A stretch of DNA of 64,000 bases from Dehalococcoidia bacterium (lineage in GTDB: Bacteria > Chloroflexota > Dehalococcoidia > UBA2979). The translations under genes and the position numbers were made by a program. The stretch lies in assembly GCA_029941115.1 (NCBI GenBank), contig JAPYRK010000002.1:37298-101297 (forward strand), written 5' to 3'. A model generated the notes under the pieces. The model saw only the letters and a list, made by a program, of their open reading frames with translations. It did not search any database and was not told where the DNA came from. This document shows, one piece after another, positions 9,884 through 19,740 of this stretch (positions are counted from its first letter, which is position 1; each line of letters opens with the position of its first letter).

Positions 9884-10402
9884 ATGGCTGTAGAAAAGTT
9901 TCCAGTCGAGGCAGGGCATATTATGATGTTTGCTCGATCGGTTGGGGATGCAAATCCAATCTATGCTGACGAAAACTACGCGAAAACTACTGAAACAGGG
10001 GGGATTATTGCTCCACCCACTTTTATTCAGGCGTCTTCACAATATGATCCAGATGCATCATTGAGACCGAAAATTGGTCAGAAATGGTTCGGATCGGGTG
10101 CTAAGCCCTCGGGATCGAATGCTCCGACCGAGGAATCACTGGCTGGAGATGCCGGTGGAACAAGTGGTGGTGGAACCGGCTTACATGGTGGGCAGCACTA
10201 CACGTACCATCGAAATATGAAACCGGGTGATATCTTAACAGCAGTCAGCAAACCGGGCCAACGCTGGGAAAAAGAAAGCAAAAGGGCTGGAAAGCTCATC
10301 TTCTCCGAATCAATCACCGAATATAGCGATCAGAATGGCGAACTTGTTGTCACTGCGCGCTCAGTCGGAATTCAAACCGAACGAGTCGTTGATCAAGGGT
10401 AA
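9884..10402 (+). CDS. MaoC-like (3R)-hydroxyacyl dehydratase subunit (HadA-like)
   Basis: MaoC/hot-dog family sequence. The start was chosen at MAVEK because a GGAAGGGG Shine-Dalgarno lies 7 nt upstream; the longer ORF begins at 9827. Confidence 0.65.
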   Translation: MAVEKFPVEAGHIMMFARSVGDANPIYADENYAKTTETGGIIAPPTFIQASSQYDPDASLRPKIGQKWFGSGAKPSGSNAPTEESLAGDAGGTSGGGTGLHGGQHYTYHRNMKPGDILTAVSKPGQRWEKESKRAGKLIFSESITEYSDQNGELVVTARSVGIQTERVVDQG

Positions 10403-10423
10403 AGCCTAAGAAAGGAAAGAAAA

Positions 10424-10843
10424 ATGTCACTAAAAGCTACAGATATAAACGTAGGTGATGAGCATGCAGAAGTTATTGTTAATGACCTTTCAAGAACTCA
10501 ATTAGTCCAATATGCTGGAACCTCGGGTGATTACAACCCACTTCATACGGACGAACTATTTGCGCAAGAAATCGGTGGGTATCCGACAGTTTTTGCTCAT
10601 GGCATGCTCACTATGGGCATGACAGGGAAAATGCTAACAAACTGGGTGGGAGACGGCAGATTGAAAACTTTCGGTCTGGACTTCAGAACGCAAGTTTGGC
10701 CTGGCGATACGTTGACAGCCACGGCGATTGTGTCAGAAATTATTGAAGAAGACGGTGAACAAGTGGTTAAAGCCGATGTCACAACTAGCAACCAAAACGG
10801 TCAAGTTGTTGCAATCGGTTACGCGTCTGCAAGATTGGACTAG
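10424..10843 (+). CDS. MaoC-like (3R)-hydroxyacyl dehydratase subunit (HadB-like)
   Basis: 139 aa; YAGTSGDYNPLHTD...AHGM motif of MaoC dehydratases; paired with the upstream hot-dog gene as in mycobacterial hadAB. Confidence 0.7.
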   Translation: MSLKATDINVGDEHAEVIVNDLSRTQLVQYAGTSGDYNPLHTDELFAQEIGGYPTVFAHGMLTMGMTGKMLTNWVGDGRLKTFGLDFRTQVWPGDTLTATAIVSEIIEEDGEQVVKADVTTSNQNGQVVAIGYASARLD

Positions 10844-10851
10844 CTGGACCT

Positions 10852-10887
10852 AACAAACGATTAGAGGCTTCTCTAATCGTTTGTTTT
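10852..10887. terminator. bidirectional rho-independent terminator hairpin
   Basis: AACAAACGATTAGAG-gctt-CTCTAATCGTTTGTT is a perfect 15-bp stem followed by TTTT. It lies between convergent genes. Confidence 0.55.
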
Positions 10888-11059
10888 CCTGCTGGGGACA
10901 ATAAAAATCAATAATGCATCTAGCAATAAAAATAAATGCAATCAGTTCTTATGAATCGCTCGACGCCATACAAGGCTAGAAGACCAAAACCAACCACCTG
11001 CCATTTCCAATAAAATTTGCCCGGATCTTCAAGCATCAACGACCTTGCCAATCGACTAT

Positions 11060-11923
11060 TTAAATGAACGCCTTGATTTGATCGACCACGAAATCGAGAT
11101 TGTCATGGTGGGCATGATGACCTGCTTCCGGTACAACTGCGCTTATAGAATTTTGAAAATAGGTGTCAATCTCTTTTCCCAAAAATTTAGCTCGAGAATA
11201 ACCTGATCTATCACCCGATAAATGGAGTACTGGGCAAGAAATTTTTGACCATAAAGCGGGCATCTCACCCGCCTGCATCTCGGTGGGGGTACGCCCTCTA
11301 GCCCAAGGATCAAATTTCCATCGATAGCCACCATCTTCCTCAATAGTTCCCCATCGTGCTAAATGTTCCGCCATTTCTGGTCTCAAATACTTATTCGCGT
11401 CCAGCATTCTATCTACCGTCTCCGAAAATTTCTTATAAATTCTTGGCGATTGCTGCTCAATTTTTTGATAGCTCCGAGCCCACGCTGCTAAACTCTCTGG
11501 CGTGGTTTCACCACTGCCATCTTTGCTGTCGTCTAGTCGAGCGCCTGCCCCCTCAATATCTACAATTTTACTAAACTTATCAGGAAAAATACTTGCTGTA
11601 AGAAGCGCTATCGATCCACCAAAAGAATGCCCCACAACAGTACTGTTTCCACCAATTAATTCAATAAAATTAAACAAATCTAAAACATGATCTACCGTCG
11701 CATAGTAAGAACCTCGAGCCCATTCTGAGTCTCCGTGTCCCCGAAGATCAGGCGCAAGTACCCAGTGATTTGCACTGAATTCAGCAGCCACATTATCCCA
11801 AGTACGGGCATGATCGCGACCACCATGTAGCAATATCAGCGGTGGATTTTTGTCACTTCCCCAACTCCAATAGGAAAGCTTAAGTCTCTGAGAATTATAG
11901 AAATGCTGCCAAGGTTGACACAT
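11060..11923 (-). CDS. alpha/beta-fold hydrolase
   Basis: LILLHGG...HGDS and the nucleophile elbow GHSFGG. Confidence 0.75.
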   Translation of the reverse strand: MCQPWQHFYNSQRLKLSYWSWGSDKNPPLILLHGGRDHARTWDNVAAEFSANHWVLAPDLRGHGDSEWARGSYYATVDHVLDLFNFIELIGGNSTVVGHSFGGSIALLTASIFPDKFSKIVDIEGAGARLDDSKDGSGETTPESLAAWARSYQKIEQQSPRIYKKFSETVDRMLDANKYLRPEMAEHLARWGTIEEDGGYRWKFDPWARGRTPTEMQAGEMPALWSKISCPVLHLSGDRSGYSRAKFLGKEIDTYFQNSISAVVPEAGHHAHHDNLDFVVDQIKAFI

Positions 11924-11950
11924 ACAAATTGGAATTAGGAGAATAAATTT

Positions 11951-12385
11951 CTACTCCCGTCCCAAACCCCCACTTTCTAACTCGTTCTTTGTGCGGCCTG
12001 CAGTCGCTATACGAGCGGCGGCGGCGGCTTCCTCGGCGGCGGCTAATACTTCATCCCGCTTACGCTGTTCACCGTAGCAATCGGAGCAGAGCACTGGCCT
12101 ATCATCGCGTGGTCGAAAGGGAACTTCAGTAAGTTTCTTGCACTGTCCGCATTCAGCCACAAATAATTGACGTGGCGTACGGCCACCGTACGAAGCATAG
12201 ACACCATATCTTGGACTATCAGTTGACTCCATTCCACTAGATGTCTTCTTTTGTTGACGGCAATTTGGACAGCGAACAGGATCATGCTCGAGTCCCTTAC
12301 TTGAATAGAATTCCTGCTCACCAGCAGTAAATGTAAATTCGTCCGGGCAATCTCTGCACTTTAGTTTTCGGTCAGTAAACGACAT
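11951..12385 (-). CDS. zinc-ribbon domain protein with two CxxC...CxxC repeats (zf-trcl-like)
   Basis: CRDCPDEFTFTAGEQEFY...CPNC and CGQCKK...VPFRPRDDRPVLCSDCY, with an Ala-rich acidic tail. Confidence 0.5.
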   Translation of the reverse strand: MSFTDRKLKCRDCPDEFTFTAGEQEFYSSKGLEHDPVRCPNCRQQKKTSSGMESTDSPRYGVYASYGGRTPRQLFVAECGQCKKLTEVPFRPRDDRPVLCSDCYGEQRKRDEVLAAAEEAAAAARIATAGRTKNELESGGLGRE

Positions 12386-12469
12386 AGCACCCCCACATGT
12401 ACCGTAAATAAAACGATACCTTTAAAAATTCTTCATCCACAATCTTATTGATGAAGATTTAGCATAATG

Positions 12470-13018
12470 CTAATCGTCGAACTCTTCAGCGTCGAGACCA
12501 AATTCAAAAATAGGCAGTTCTAAAGAGTGTCCATTTTTCTGCGGACAAATCGTCGCCTCACACACCTCTAGAGGTGATTTACATAACGGGCAAAGCGGTC
12601 TTCCCGACGCCACTAGTCCAGAAATATTCTTAACAAAGGTTACTGCCTGACCTCGAGTAATCTCCATTCGAAAGGTAGGAGATGATGCTTTATCATCTGC
12701 CGCTTGCTCGTCCGCTATAAAAACCAAATGCTCACGTTCGGAATTATAATCAAAGCCAGCTCGAGCGATTTGAAAGTCAATCTGTGGCTCTTCCGGAAAA
12801 GAATCAATCGAATCGCCTATCTCTCTAACTCTACCAGTTTGACGAGACCTTTCAGCTAACAGTCTTGAAAATATCCTACCGATCTCTATAAGCTGCTCTT
12901 TTTCCAGCCAGAGCGACGCATATTGATCACCTACCCGTGCACGTAACCTAAAATGCCGCTGCCCTGGTGGTCCCACCGCATCAGCATCGACTGCATCGAC
13001 TAAACCAAAATCAATCAT
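12470..13018 (-). CDS. conserved hypothetical protein with C-terminal Cys cluster (possibly DUF3090-like)
   Basis: 182 aa ORF with CPLC...C...C near the C-terminus; no catalytic motif recognised. Confidence 0.4.
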   Translation of the reverse strand: MIDFGLVDAVDADAVGPPGQRHFRLRARVGDQYASLWLEKEQLIEIGRIFSRLLAERSRQTGRVREIGDSIDSFPEEPQIDFQIARAGFDYNSEREHLVFIADEQAADDKASSPTFRMEITRGQAVTFVKNISGLVASGRPLCPLCKSPLEVCEATICPQKNGHSLELPIFEFGLDAEEFDD

Positions 13019-13102
13019 ATTAAGAAGCGTAGAGGGTGAACCTCTTGAGGTACAACCCAGCCTTTACATTCGCTATGAAATTAAGAGTACTATCTATTAA
13101 CA

Positions 13103-14572
13103 ATGGATCAGAATATTTCGTTCGCAACCGTGGAGACCATACGCGCGCTTCTAGATAGAGGTCAAATAACTGCAACTCAACTTTTAGAGTACACATTATC
13201 TGAAATTTCCCGAACAAATCCCACCCTTAATTCGTTTATCTTGATAACAGAATCATTAGCTCGGGCCCAAGCTGAAGCCGCTGATGCACGAATTGAACAA
13301 GGTAAGCCAGTTAGTCCGATTGATGGAATTCCAATAGCGGTAAAAGACTTATACGACACCGCTGGAGTAGTCACTGCAGGAGGCACTGCAGCATTCGAGA
13401 AAAGAACACCTGATTACGATTCTTACGTTGTCGGTAAATTACAGCGAGCAGGAGCACTAATCGTCGGGAAAACAAATACGCATGAACTAGCCCTAGGGGG
13501 GACAACCAATAATCCACACTATGGCCCGACCCATAACCCATGGAATTTAGAAAACGTCCCGGGTGGCTCGTCAGGTGGCTCGGGCGCCGCCTTGGCCTCA
13601 GGTCAGGTCTCACTGGCGCTTGGTACTGATACTGGCGGGTCCGTGCGGATTCCATCGGCTTTTTGTGGAGTTACAGGCCACAAGCCCACATACGGCCTCG
13701 TTGGTAAAAGCGGAATAATACCTCTTTCGAAAACGCTAGATCATCCAGGCCCCATGGCCAGATCGGCTTTCGATTGTGCTCTGTTACTTAATCAAATGAC
13801 CGGAAGAGACATCAACGATCCTGACAATATCAATTTTGACTTTTCCACTGACTTCACACAAAATATCAAAAAAAGCGTGAAAGGAATTACGCTAGCGATA
13901 ATTCCATCTTTGCTGGTCGACAGTGAGTTAGGAGTGACTCAATCGTTCACAAGATCGATCGAAGTTCTTGAGCAAATGGGTGTGAATATCACGGAAATTG
14001 AACCCACGACGAACAATGAGTTAAATACAGAAGACACAAGAAGATACGACTCTGAGATTGCTTGGGGAGAGCCTCTCCCCGCCATTATTCGCAATCTCTC
14101 GCCCATTCTCTTGTCAGAAGGATCTACATACATCGAAAACATTCTTCAAACTAAACCTCATCTGATTGGCCAAGCAGTGAGAGAACGTATGATGAGAGGC
14201 ATCGATATTTCTGTACATGACTACATTCGTGCTCTTGACTGGCGCAAGGAAATTGAGAGTAGATTTGAGAATTGTCTGCTCCATTCAACCATTGATGGAT
14301 ATATCGTTCCTACCTCTCCGCAAGTAGCAGAACCGATAACAAGCGATCCCCACGTGGGTATAGAACCAGCAGTAAAATTTCGCAATACAAGCGTGTTCAA
14401 TCACACTCGACAACCATCTATTTCAGTGCCAAACGGATTCAGCAACGAAGGACTTCCAACAGGTTTGATGATCACAACGGCCCAAAAGAACGACGCGCTT
14501 GCGCTTCGAATAGCTCATCAATATCAGCTAAATACTAATTTCCACTTGTCGAGACCTCCCGTATACGAGTAA
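13103..14572 (+). CDS. amidase (amidase-signature family, GatA-like)
   Basis: Amidase signature GGSSGGSGAALASG...GTDTGGSVRIPSAFCG and the catalytic K/S/S context. Confidence 0.8.
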   Translation: MDQNISFATVETIRALLDRGQITATQLLEYTLSEISRTNPTLNSFILITESLARAQAEAADARIEQGKPVSPIDGIPIAVKDLYDTAGVVTAGGTAAFEKRTPDYDSYVVGKLQRAGALIVGKTNTHELALGGTTNNPHYGPTHNPWNLENVPGGSSGGSGAALASGQVSLALGTDTGGSVRIPSAFCGVTGHKPTYGLVGKSGIIPLSKTLDHPGPMARSAFDCALLLNQMTGRDINDPDNINFDFSTDFTQNIKKSVKGITLAIIPSLLVDSELGVTQSFTRSIEVLEQMGVNITEIEPTTNNELNTEDTRRYDSEIAWGEPLPAIIRNLSPILLSEGSTYIENILQTKPHLIGQAVRERMMRGIDISVHDYIRALDWRKEIESRFENCLLHSTIDGYIVPTSPQVAEPITSDPHVGIEPAVKFRNTSVFNHTRQPSISVPNGFSNEGLPTGLMITTAQKNDALALRIAHQYQLNTNFHLSRPPVYE

Positions 14573-14582
14573 ATGGATAAAC

Positions 14583-15476
14583 ATGGTCAATGTTGTAGCA
14601 AACAAATCACTGACTGGTTATACATACCTCCGAATTGGGGGGGCAGCCGAATGGTTTGCTGAACCTAACAACATTGATGAACTTCACGACTTAATTAAAT
14701 GGGCCCATGAGAAAACATTATCCGTTCGAATAATTGGGGCAGGATCAAATATTCTAATCGCTGATGGTGGCGTAGGGGGATTAGTTATATCTCTGAAAAT
14801 AGCTTGCTCCAACATACAGGTGAGCGGAACCAATATCACAACTGGATCAGGAGTGATGCTGCCCGCCCTAGCAAAGAAAGCTGCAAATTCTGGTTTGTCA
14901 GGAGCGGAATTTTGCATAGGAATACCCGGAACAGTGGGAGGCGCCCTCCAATCAAACTCTGGTACAGCCGCTAATTCAGATATGAGCACAATCGTCAGTC
15001 GCGTAACCGTCTTAAAAAACGGCAAATTTAAAAACTATTCTCACAACGATATTGTCTGGGGGTATAGAGAAACCTCCCTCAAAAGTAGTGGAGACATCGT
15101 TATCGAGGCCCGTTTCAACCTCGTAGGCAAATCAAGCGATGCTATTAACTCCAATATGCGAGCACTCCTTGCTTCACGAAAGGCCACCCAGCCTACGGCT
15201 GAACCCAACGCAGGATCAATTTTTAAAAACCCTGACGGTGACTATGCAGGAAGACTAATTGAAGCTGCGGGCTGCAAAGAACTTGGTACCAAAAATGCCT
15301 CAGTTAATAAATTGCACGCGAACTTCATCACACATAATGGTAATGCTGGTTCCGATGAGATTGTCTACCTGATCACAGAGATACAAAAAAAGGTGCAATC
15401 ATCATTTGGCATTCGACTTAACCCAGAAATTGAATGGTGGGGCTCTGAAGTTTCACCAAGTTGCTTCGACAAATAG
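14583..15476 (+). CDS. murB: UDP-N-acetylenolpyruvoylglucosamine reductase
   Basis: FAD-binding N-terminus YLRIGGAAEWFAEP...RIIGAGSNILIADGGVGG, typical of type II MurB. Confidence 0.75.
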   Translation: MVNVVANKSLTGYTYLRIGGAAEWFAEPNNIDELHDLIKWAHEKTLSVRIIGAGSNILIADGGVGGLVISLKIACSNIQVSGTNITTGSGVMLPALAKKAANSGLSGAEFCIGIPGTVGGALQSNSGTAANSDMSTIVSRVTVLKNGKFKNYSHNDIVWGYRETSLKSSGDIVIEARFNLVGKSSDAINSNMRALLASRKATQPTAEPNAGSIFKNPDGDYAGRLIEAAGCKELGTKNASVNKLHANFITHNGNAGSDEIVYLITEIQKKVQSSFGIRLNPEIEWWGSEVSPSCFDK

Positions 15477-15477
15477 T

Positions 15478-16617
15478 TTAGGTCAGTGTCATATTATTGC
15501 GATGTATGATTTCCTCGCCATATTCATAGCCGAGTTTGCTAAGAATCTCAGAGCTTTGCATCCCTTTAATTTGCCCTAATTCGTTAGCAGAATAATTTGT
15601 GATACCCGCACCAATACGCATTCCCGATACCGACTGAATATCGACCACATCTCCACGCTGAAAATCTCCGTCACTGCCCACAACCCCTACAGGCAAAATA
15701 GATGAACCTCTCCGCAACGCCTTTTCAACGCCACCATCCACTGTCAGGTGGCCCTTTATTACCACGTTTGAAAGCAGATATCTTCGGCGACTCTCGATCT
15801 TACTCGACTGAGCCGGAAAAAAAGTACCACTTCTTTCATTCGACACTGAAGATAAAACACAATTTTCCGCATTGCCGTTTGTGATTAATACATCTGCGCC
15901 ACTTTCAGTTGCAATTTTTGCGGCCGAAACCTTGGTGGCCATTCCTCCTCTGCCCCGGTCACCCGCGGAGCCAGCAATCGACAATACATAATCATCGACC
16001 GACTCTACTTCAGTGATCAGAACAGCTTCTTTATTTGCTCTAGGGTCTGACTCATACAAACCATCTACATCACTCAGAATGACCAATAGGTCTGCATCAA
16101 CTAAGTTTGAAATGAGGGCTGAAAGGTGGTCATTATCACCTATATTAACTTCGGCGATTTCATCTATGGCAACGACGTCATTCTCGTTAATAATTGGAAC
16201 GATACCAAGCTCCAAGAGCTTAAGTAAAGTATTTCTTGCATGCAGATAGGAAAGCCTATCGCTCACGTCGCGACGAGTGATTAGTGCTTGAGCAGAGAGA
16301 ATATCTAATTCAGAAAATGCCCGCTCCCAACCCCGCATCAGTGGAACTTGCCCAACCGCAGCCAAAACTTGCTTGGAAGCAGTGCTCCCCGATTCACCAG
16401 AAAATTGATTCTTTTTAAATCGATCTAAAAGAGATAACCCCTCAGTAATGGCACCACTCGTAACCAAAAGTACCTCATGCCCCTCTCGCTGCAGCATTGA
16501 AATTTGACGAACTATATCCTGCATTTTCTCAAAAATGACTTGATTACCACCTTGAGTGAGTACATTAGTTCCAATCTTAACCACGACTCTGTATAAATCT
16601 GAGTTATTTTTAACCAA
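15478..16617 (-). CDS. proB: glutamate 5-kinase with PUA domain
   Basis: VVKIGTNVLT amino-acid kinase N-terminus, conserved kinase core, C-terminal PUA segment. Confidence 0.8.
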   Translation of the reverse strand: MVKNNSDLYRVVVKIGTNVLTQGGNQVIFEKMQDIVRQISMLQREGHEVLLVTSGAITEGLSLLDRFKKNQFSGESGSTASKQVLAAVGQVPLMRGWERAFSELDILSAQALITRRDVSDRLSYLHARNTLLKLLELGIVPIINENDVVAIDEIAEVNIGDNDHLSALISNLVDADLLVILSDVDGLYESDPRANKEAVLITEVESVDDYVLSIAGSAGDRGRGGMATKVSAAKIATESGADVLITNGNAENCVLSSVSNERSGTFFPAQSSKIESRRRYLLSNVVIKGHLTVDGGVEKALRRGSSILPVGVVGSDGDFQRGDVVDIQSVSGMRIGAGITNYSANELGQIKGMQSSEILSKLGYEYGEEIIHRNNMTLT

Positions 16618-16701
16618 GGCTTCGTCACTTTCATTTCGGCCGCTACTGATGAAAACATCTTACGGACTAGAATTTGATCTACTAGAGTTTAAAGTAATAA
16701 T

Positions 16702-17547
16702 ATGCAATCTCGATACTTAACATCAGAAAACGGGAAAAGTCTTATTAGACTTCTTTATTCGAGTGGTAAGCGCTTTGTTCGTGTTCATGGACCCCAACAT
16801 GCGGCAGCAACTGCTTATTTCGGGATTTTTTCTTTGTTCCCATTAACACTATTACTCAGTAGCGTATGTGGAATTCTCTTTGAGAGTGACACTCAGGAAA
16901 TTGTTATAGAATTACTCGTTAACCAGTTACAGATGAGTGACTCATCGGTCGAATCTGCGCTGAAAAATTTCATTCAACTTGGACCCGCTGTCCTGATTGC
17001 TTCTGCACCGGCATTAATTTTAACATCGGGCACCATGACTTCTTCATTGCGGAAAGGGCTAGATGAGACCTTTGGGCCTACAAGAAATAGGTCATTTCTA
17101 AAATCAAGACTTATCGATTACGCGTTAATACCATTCCTCGCTTTGCCTTTGATCGGTGGTTTTATAACGACCGCAATATGGAGCTTGTCCACGAGTGGCA
17201 GAGGCGACATTTCTGTTCTGGACATAGACCAATATCTTATAACGCCTGAACTCGCAATCGGGCCCTTGATATCGCTATCCTTAACCCTAGTATCGGCGGT
17301 GCTTTGGTATCGCTTTGTACCCACTAGAAAACCGGCGGTACGAACTCTCTGGTTCGGAGCAATGATTTCATCTCTCGGCTTTGAAGTCCTAAAATATGGC
17401 TTTACTTTCTATATTTCTCGATCAATCACTTTCGACTTAATATATGGACCCTTGACATCAATAATGGCGATTATGCTTTTCATATTTATTTCTGCGTATA
17501 TTTTCATTTTTGGAGCAGCTGTCTGTACTCAGACCTTTGGAGATTAA
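16702..17547 (+). CDS. YihY/BrkB family membrane protein
   Basis: 281 aa; 6 TM helices; N-terminal GPQHAAATAYFGIFSLFPL is typical of YihY/RNase BN-like proteins. Confidence 0.6.
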   Translation: MQSRYLTSENGKSLIRLLYSSGKRFVRVHGPQHAAATAYFGIFSLFPLTLLLSSVCGILFESDTQEIVIELLVNQLQMSDSSVESALKNFIQLGPAVLIASAPALILTSGTMTSSLRKGLDETFGPTRNRSFLKSRLIDYALIPFLALPLIGGFITTAIWSLSTSGRGDISVLDIDQYLITPELAIGPLISLSLTLVSAVLWYRFVPTRKPAVRTLWFGAMISSLGFEVLKYGFTFYISRSITFDLIYGPLTSIMAIMLFIFISAYIFIFGAAVCTQTFGD

Positions 17548-18282
17548 TTATGGGCGTTTAATAGGACCATGTGGAATCTCTAATTTTGACCGTAGCAACG
17601 TAACCGTGGCATCAGCCAGTGGTCGTATCAAGATTTGAAGATCCCAATCTAACTCTCGAAAACTTGACATCCAGTCTTCAATTGAATCTAGTGATTGGCC
17701 AAAGCGAAGATTTTCGTGATGAGAGTCGATCGCCTTAAATCCTTGCAACTTTCTTGGGCCTTCACGGCCTCCCTCTGAAATATACCAATCTTTAAAAGCA
17801 ACACCGCATCCAATACTAAACATCATAGATCCTAAAGGAGTGATGATTGGTGGTACGCCTGCCGCAAGCGCCCGAGCCGTGGTCTTTCTTCGAATAGAAT
17901 CATATTCAACCATAAGATGCCCTCCACTGGGGACAATCTCTGATAATGCCGCAATAATGTTCAAATCAATACTCTCGGGCACTTTCACCTGGCCCTGATC
18001 AAACTCCAACACATCGGCAAATAAAATTATTTCCAACCAGTTAAATCCCGGAAATTTACCTGAGTTCTGAAGTCCCATTACCACGGGAAACCGCGATCGC
18101 CCCAAATCTCTTGAATCTAAAAATACGCGAAAATTTGAAGATCCTACTTTATTCTTTGGTCCAAGTTCGATTTGTAAGAAAACACCGTCACCTACTTCAC
18201 GACCATTAACAAAAAAAAGCTCGTGCTCTAATTCCTCTGAAATAGGTTTCCACACAGGTGTACCCCGACTACTTCCTGACAT
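17548..18282 (-). CDS. hypothetical protein
   Basis: 244 aa ORF in a compact operon-like context; no motif recognised. Confidence 0.35.
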   Translation of the reverse strand: MSGSSRGTPVWKPISEELEHELFFVNGREVGDGVFLQIELGPKNKVGSSNFRVFLDSRDLGRSRFPVVMGLQNSGKFPGFNWLEIILFADVLEFDQGQVKVPESIDLNIIAALSEIVPSGGHLMVEYDSIRRKTTARALAAGVPPIITPLGSMMFSIGCGVAFKDWYISEGGREGPRKLQGFKAIDSHHENLRFGQSLDSIEDWMSSFRELDWDLQILIRPLADATVTLLRSKLEIPHGPIKRP

Positions 18283-18342
18283 ACGATGAGTTCATATAAA
18301 TCTTAATTCTAATTCACTATATAACAGGGATCCTCTGAGTTT

Positions 18343-19725
18343 ATGCCTTCCATTCATGAAAAAAAAATCGCTCAGCACTCGTCGACAGAAAATCGACTGT
18401 ACGCCATCGCCCTAAAACGATTACTAGATAAAGGTAGATATCAAAGTATTCGGTCCAGTCACAATAATCAGGAAGGTAGGTTGCGCCGAATATGGAACTA
18501 TCTAAATGACCACGGAAGACCTGACAATCGACATACGGTGCACATCGCAGGTTCGAAGGGGAAAGGCTCAACCGCATCAATTGTCGAAACAATTTTAAGA
18601 TTTAGTGGCGCTTCCACATGCTTATTAACCTCACCGGATTTGCACAGTGCACGGGAGCGTATTCAAATAAACGGACAGCTAATTTCGAAAATAGAGTTCA
18701 TACGACTCGCAAATAAGCTTTTAGATGATCCTGTCACATCCGACTGGTCTTATTTCGAAATGATGACAGTACTTGGTTGGTGGGCGGCTCATGATTTTCA
18801 ATCAGATTGGCAGGTAATTGAAGTTGGCCTAGGCGGGAGGTTCGATACGACAAATGCAGTGCTAAAAAAAGAAGTGTCCGTAATCACTGCCATAGACCTA
18901 GAACACACAGAGATACTAGGTTCAACAATTGAGAAAATAGCCTTGGAAAAAGCGGGAATCATTGAAAGATCTTCACACTTAGTCTTAGCAGCAATGAACG
19001 CGTCGGCGCATGATGCTATTAAAAATAAATCTAAACTATCGAGTGAATACACTCATGATATCGTAAATGAATGTGCTGTTATTTCCAGAACTGTCAGCCT
19101 AGACAAGCAAGTTATTACACTCCGAACACCCGAGCATCTATACAAAAATCTAACCTTTTTGTTACTCGGAGAACATCAACTAGAAAACATCTGTAGTGGT
19201 ATTCGAACCGCCGAAATAGCTTGGCGAGAAGTCAATGGGACCAAACTACCTAAAAGGGCTGTTTTTGAAGGACTAGCCTCGCTTACGATTCCCGGCCGAT
19301 TTGAAGTACTGAGCCAGAATCCCTTAATAATCACTGATGGCTTACACACACCTCTGGCAGCAAAACGATTTTCAGAAAGTCTTAAAAAACTAAATATAAC
19401 CAAAAATTTGGTCTGGATTTTTGGTTTTCTAGAAGGTAAGTCTATTTCTAAAATTGTTGATCAGCTGGTCATGCCCTCGGATATAGTTATTGCCACGGAG
19501 TTATCAGCATCACGAACTCTCCGAGCAGAAACGACTGCAAATCACCTAAGGAAACGATCCTCGCACATTAGCGTCCAACCAGATATTACAAGCTCAATAA
19601 AATACGCAAGAAAAATATCACAGCCAACCAGCACAATATTAATCGTAGGAAGTCTCTACACCGCGAGTGAAGCCAGGGCCTTCGAACTTAACTTAATTGA
19701 TGAGACGAAAGAGAAACTCAGATAG
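18343..19725 (+). CDS. folC: bifunctional folylpolyglutamate synthase / dihydrofolate synthase
   Basis: Mur-ligase P-loop HIAGSKGKGST and FolC-like central and C-terminal domains. Confidence 0.75.
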   Translation: MPSIHEKKIAQHSSTENRLYAIALKRLLDKGRYQSIRSSHNNQEGRLRRIWNYLNDHGRPDNRHTVHIAGSKGKGSTASIVETILRFSGASTCLLTSPDLHSARERIQINGQLISKIEFIRLANKLLDDPVTSDWSYFEMMTVLGWWAAHDFQSDWQVIEVGLGGRFDTTNAVLKKEVSVITAIDLEHTEILGSTIEKIALEKAGIIERSSHLVLAAMNASAHDAIKNKSKLSSEYTHDIVNECAVISRTVSLDKQVITLRTPEHLYKNLTFLLLGEHQLENICSGIRTAEIAWREVNGTKLPKRAVFEGLASLTIPGRFEVLSQNPLIITDGLHTPLAAKRFSESLKKLNITKNLVWIFGFLEGKSISKIVDQLVMPSDIVIATELSASRTLRAETTANHLRKRSSHISVQPDITSSIKYARKISQPTSTILIVGSLYTASEARAFELNLIDETKEKLR

Positions 19726-19740
19726 TTAAGTCAATAGTTT

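Noticed and set aside
10888-11059. Looked for a tRNA or small RNA in the longest non-coding stretch (and in 62033-62189, 57086-57191)
   Set aside because: There is no cloverleaf-compatible sequence (no GTTC/TTCGA T-loop context) and no conserved structured-RNA motif. These regions are adequately explained as 3' UTR, terminator or promoter spacers.
18798-19052. 84-aa ORF containing an LDSLDL stretch, considered as a missing acyl carrier protein
   Set aside because: It lies antisense inside folC. It lacks the DSL phosphopantetheine-attachment context and the acidic helix pattern of ACPs.
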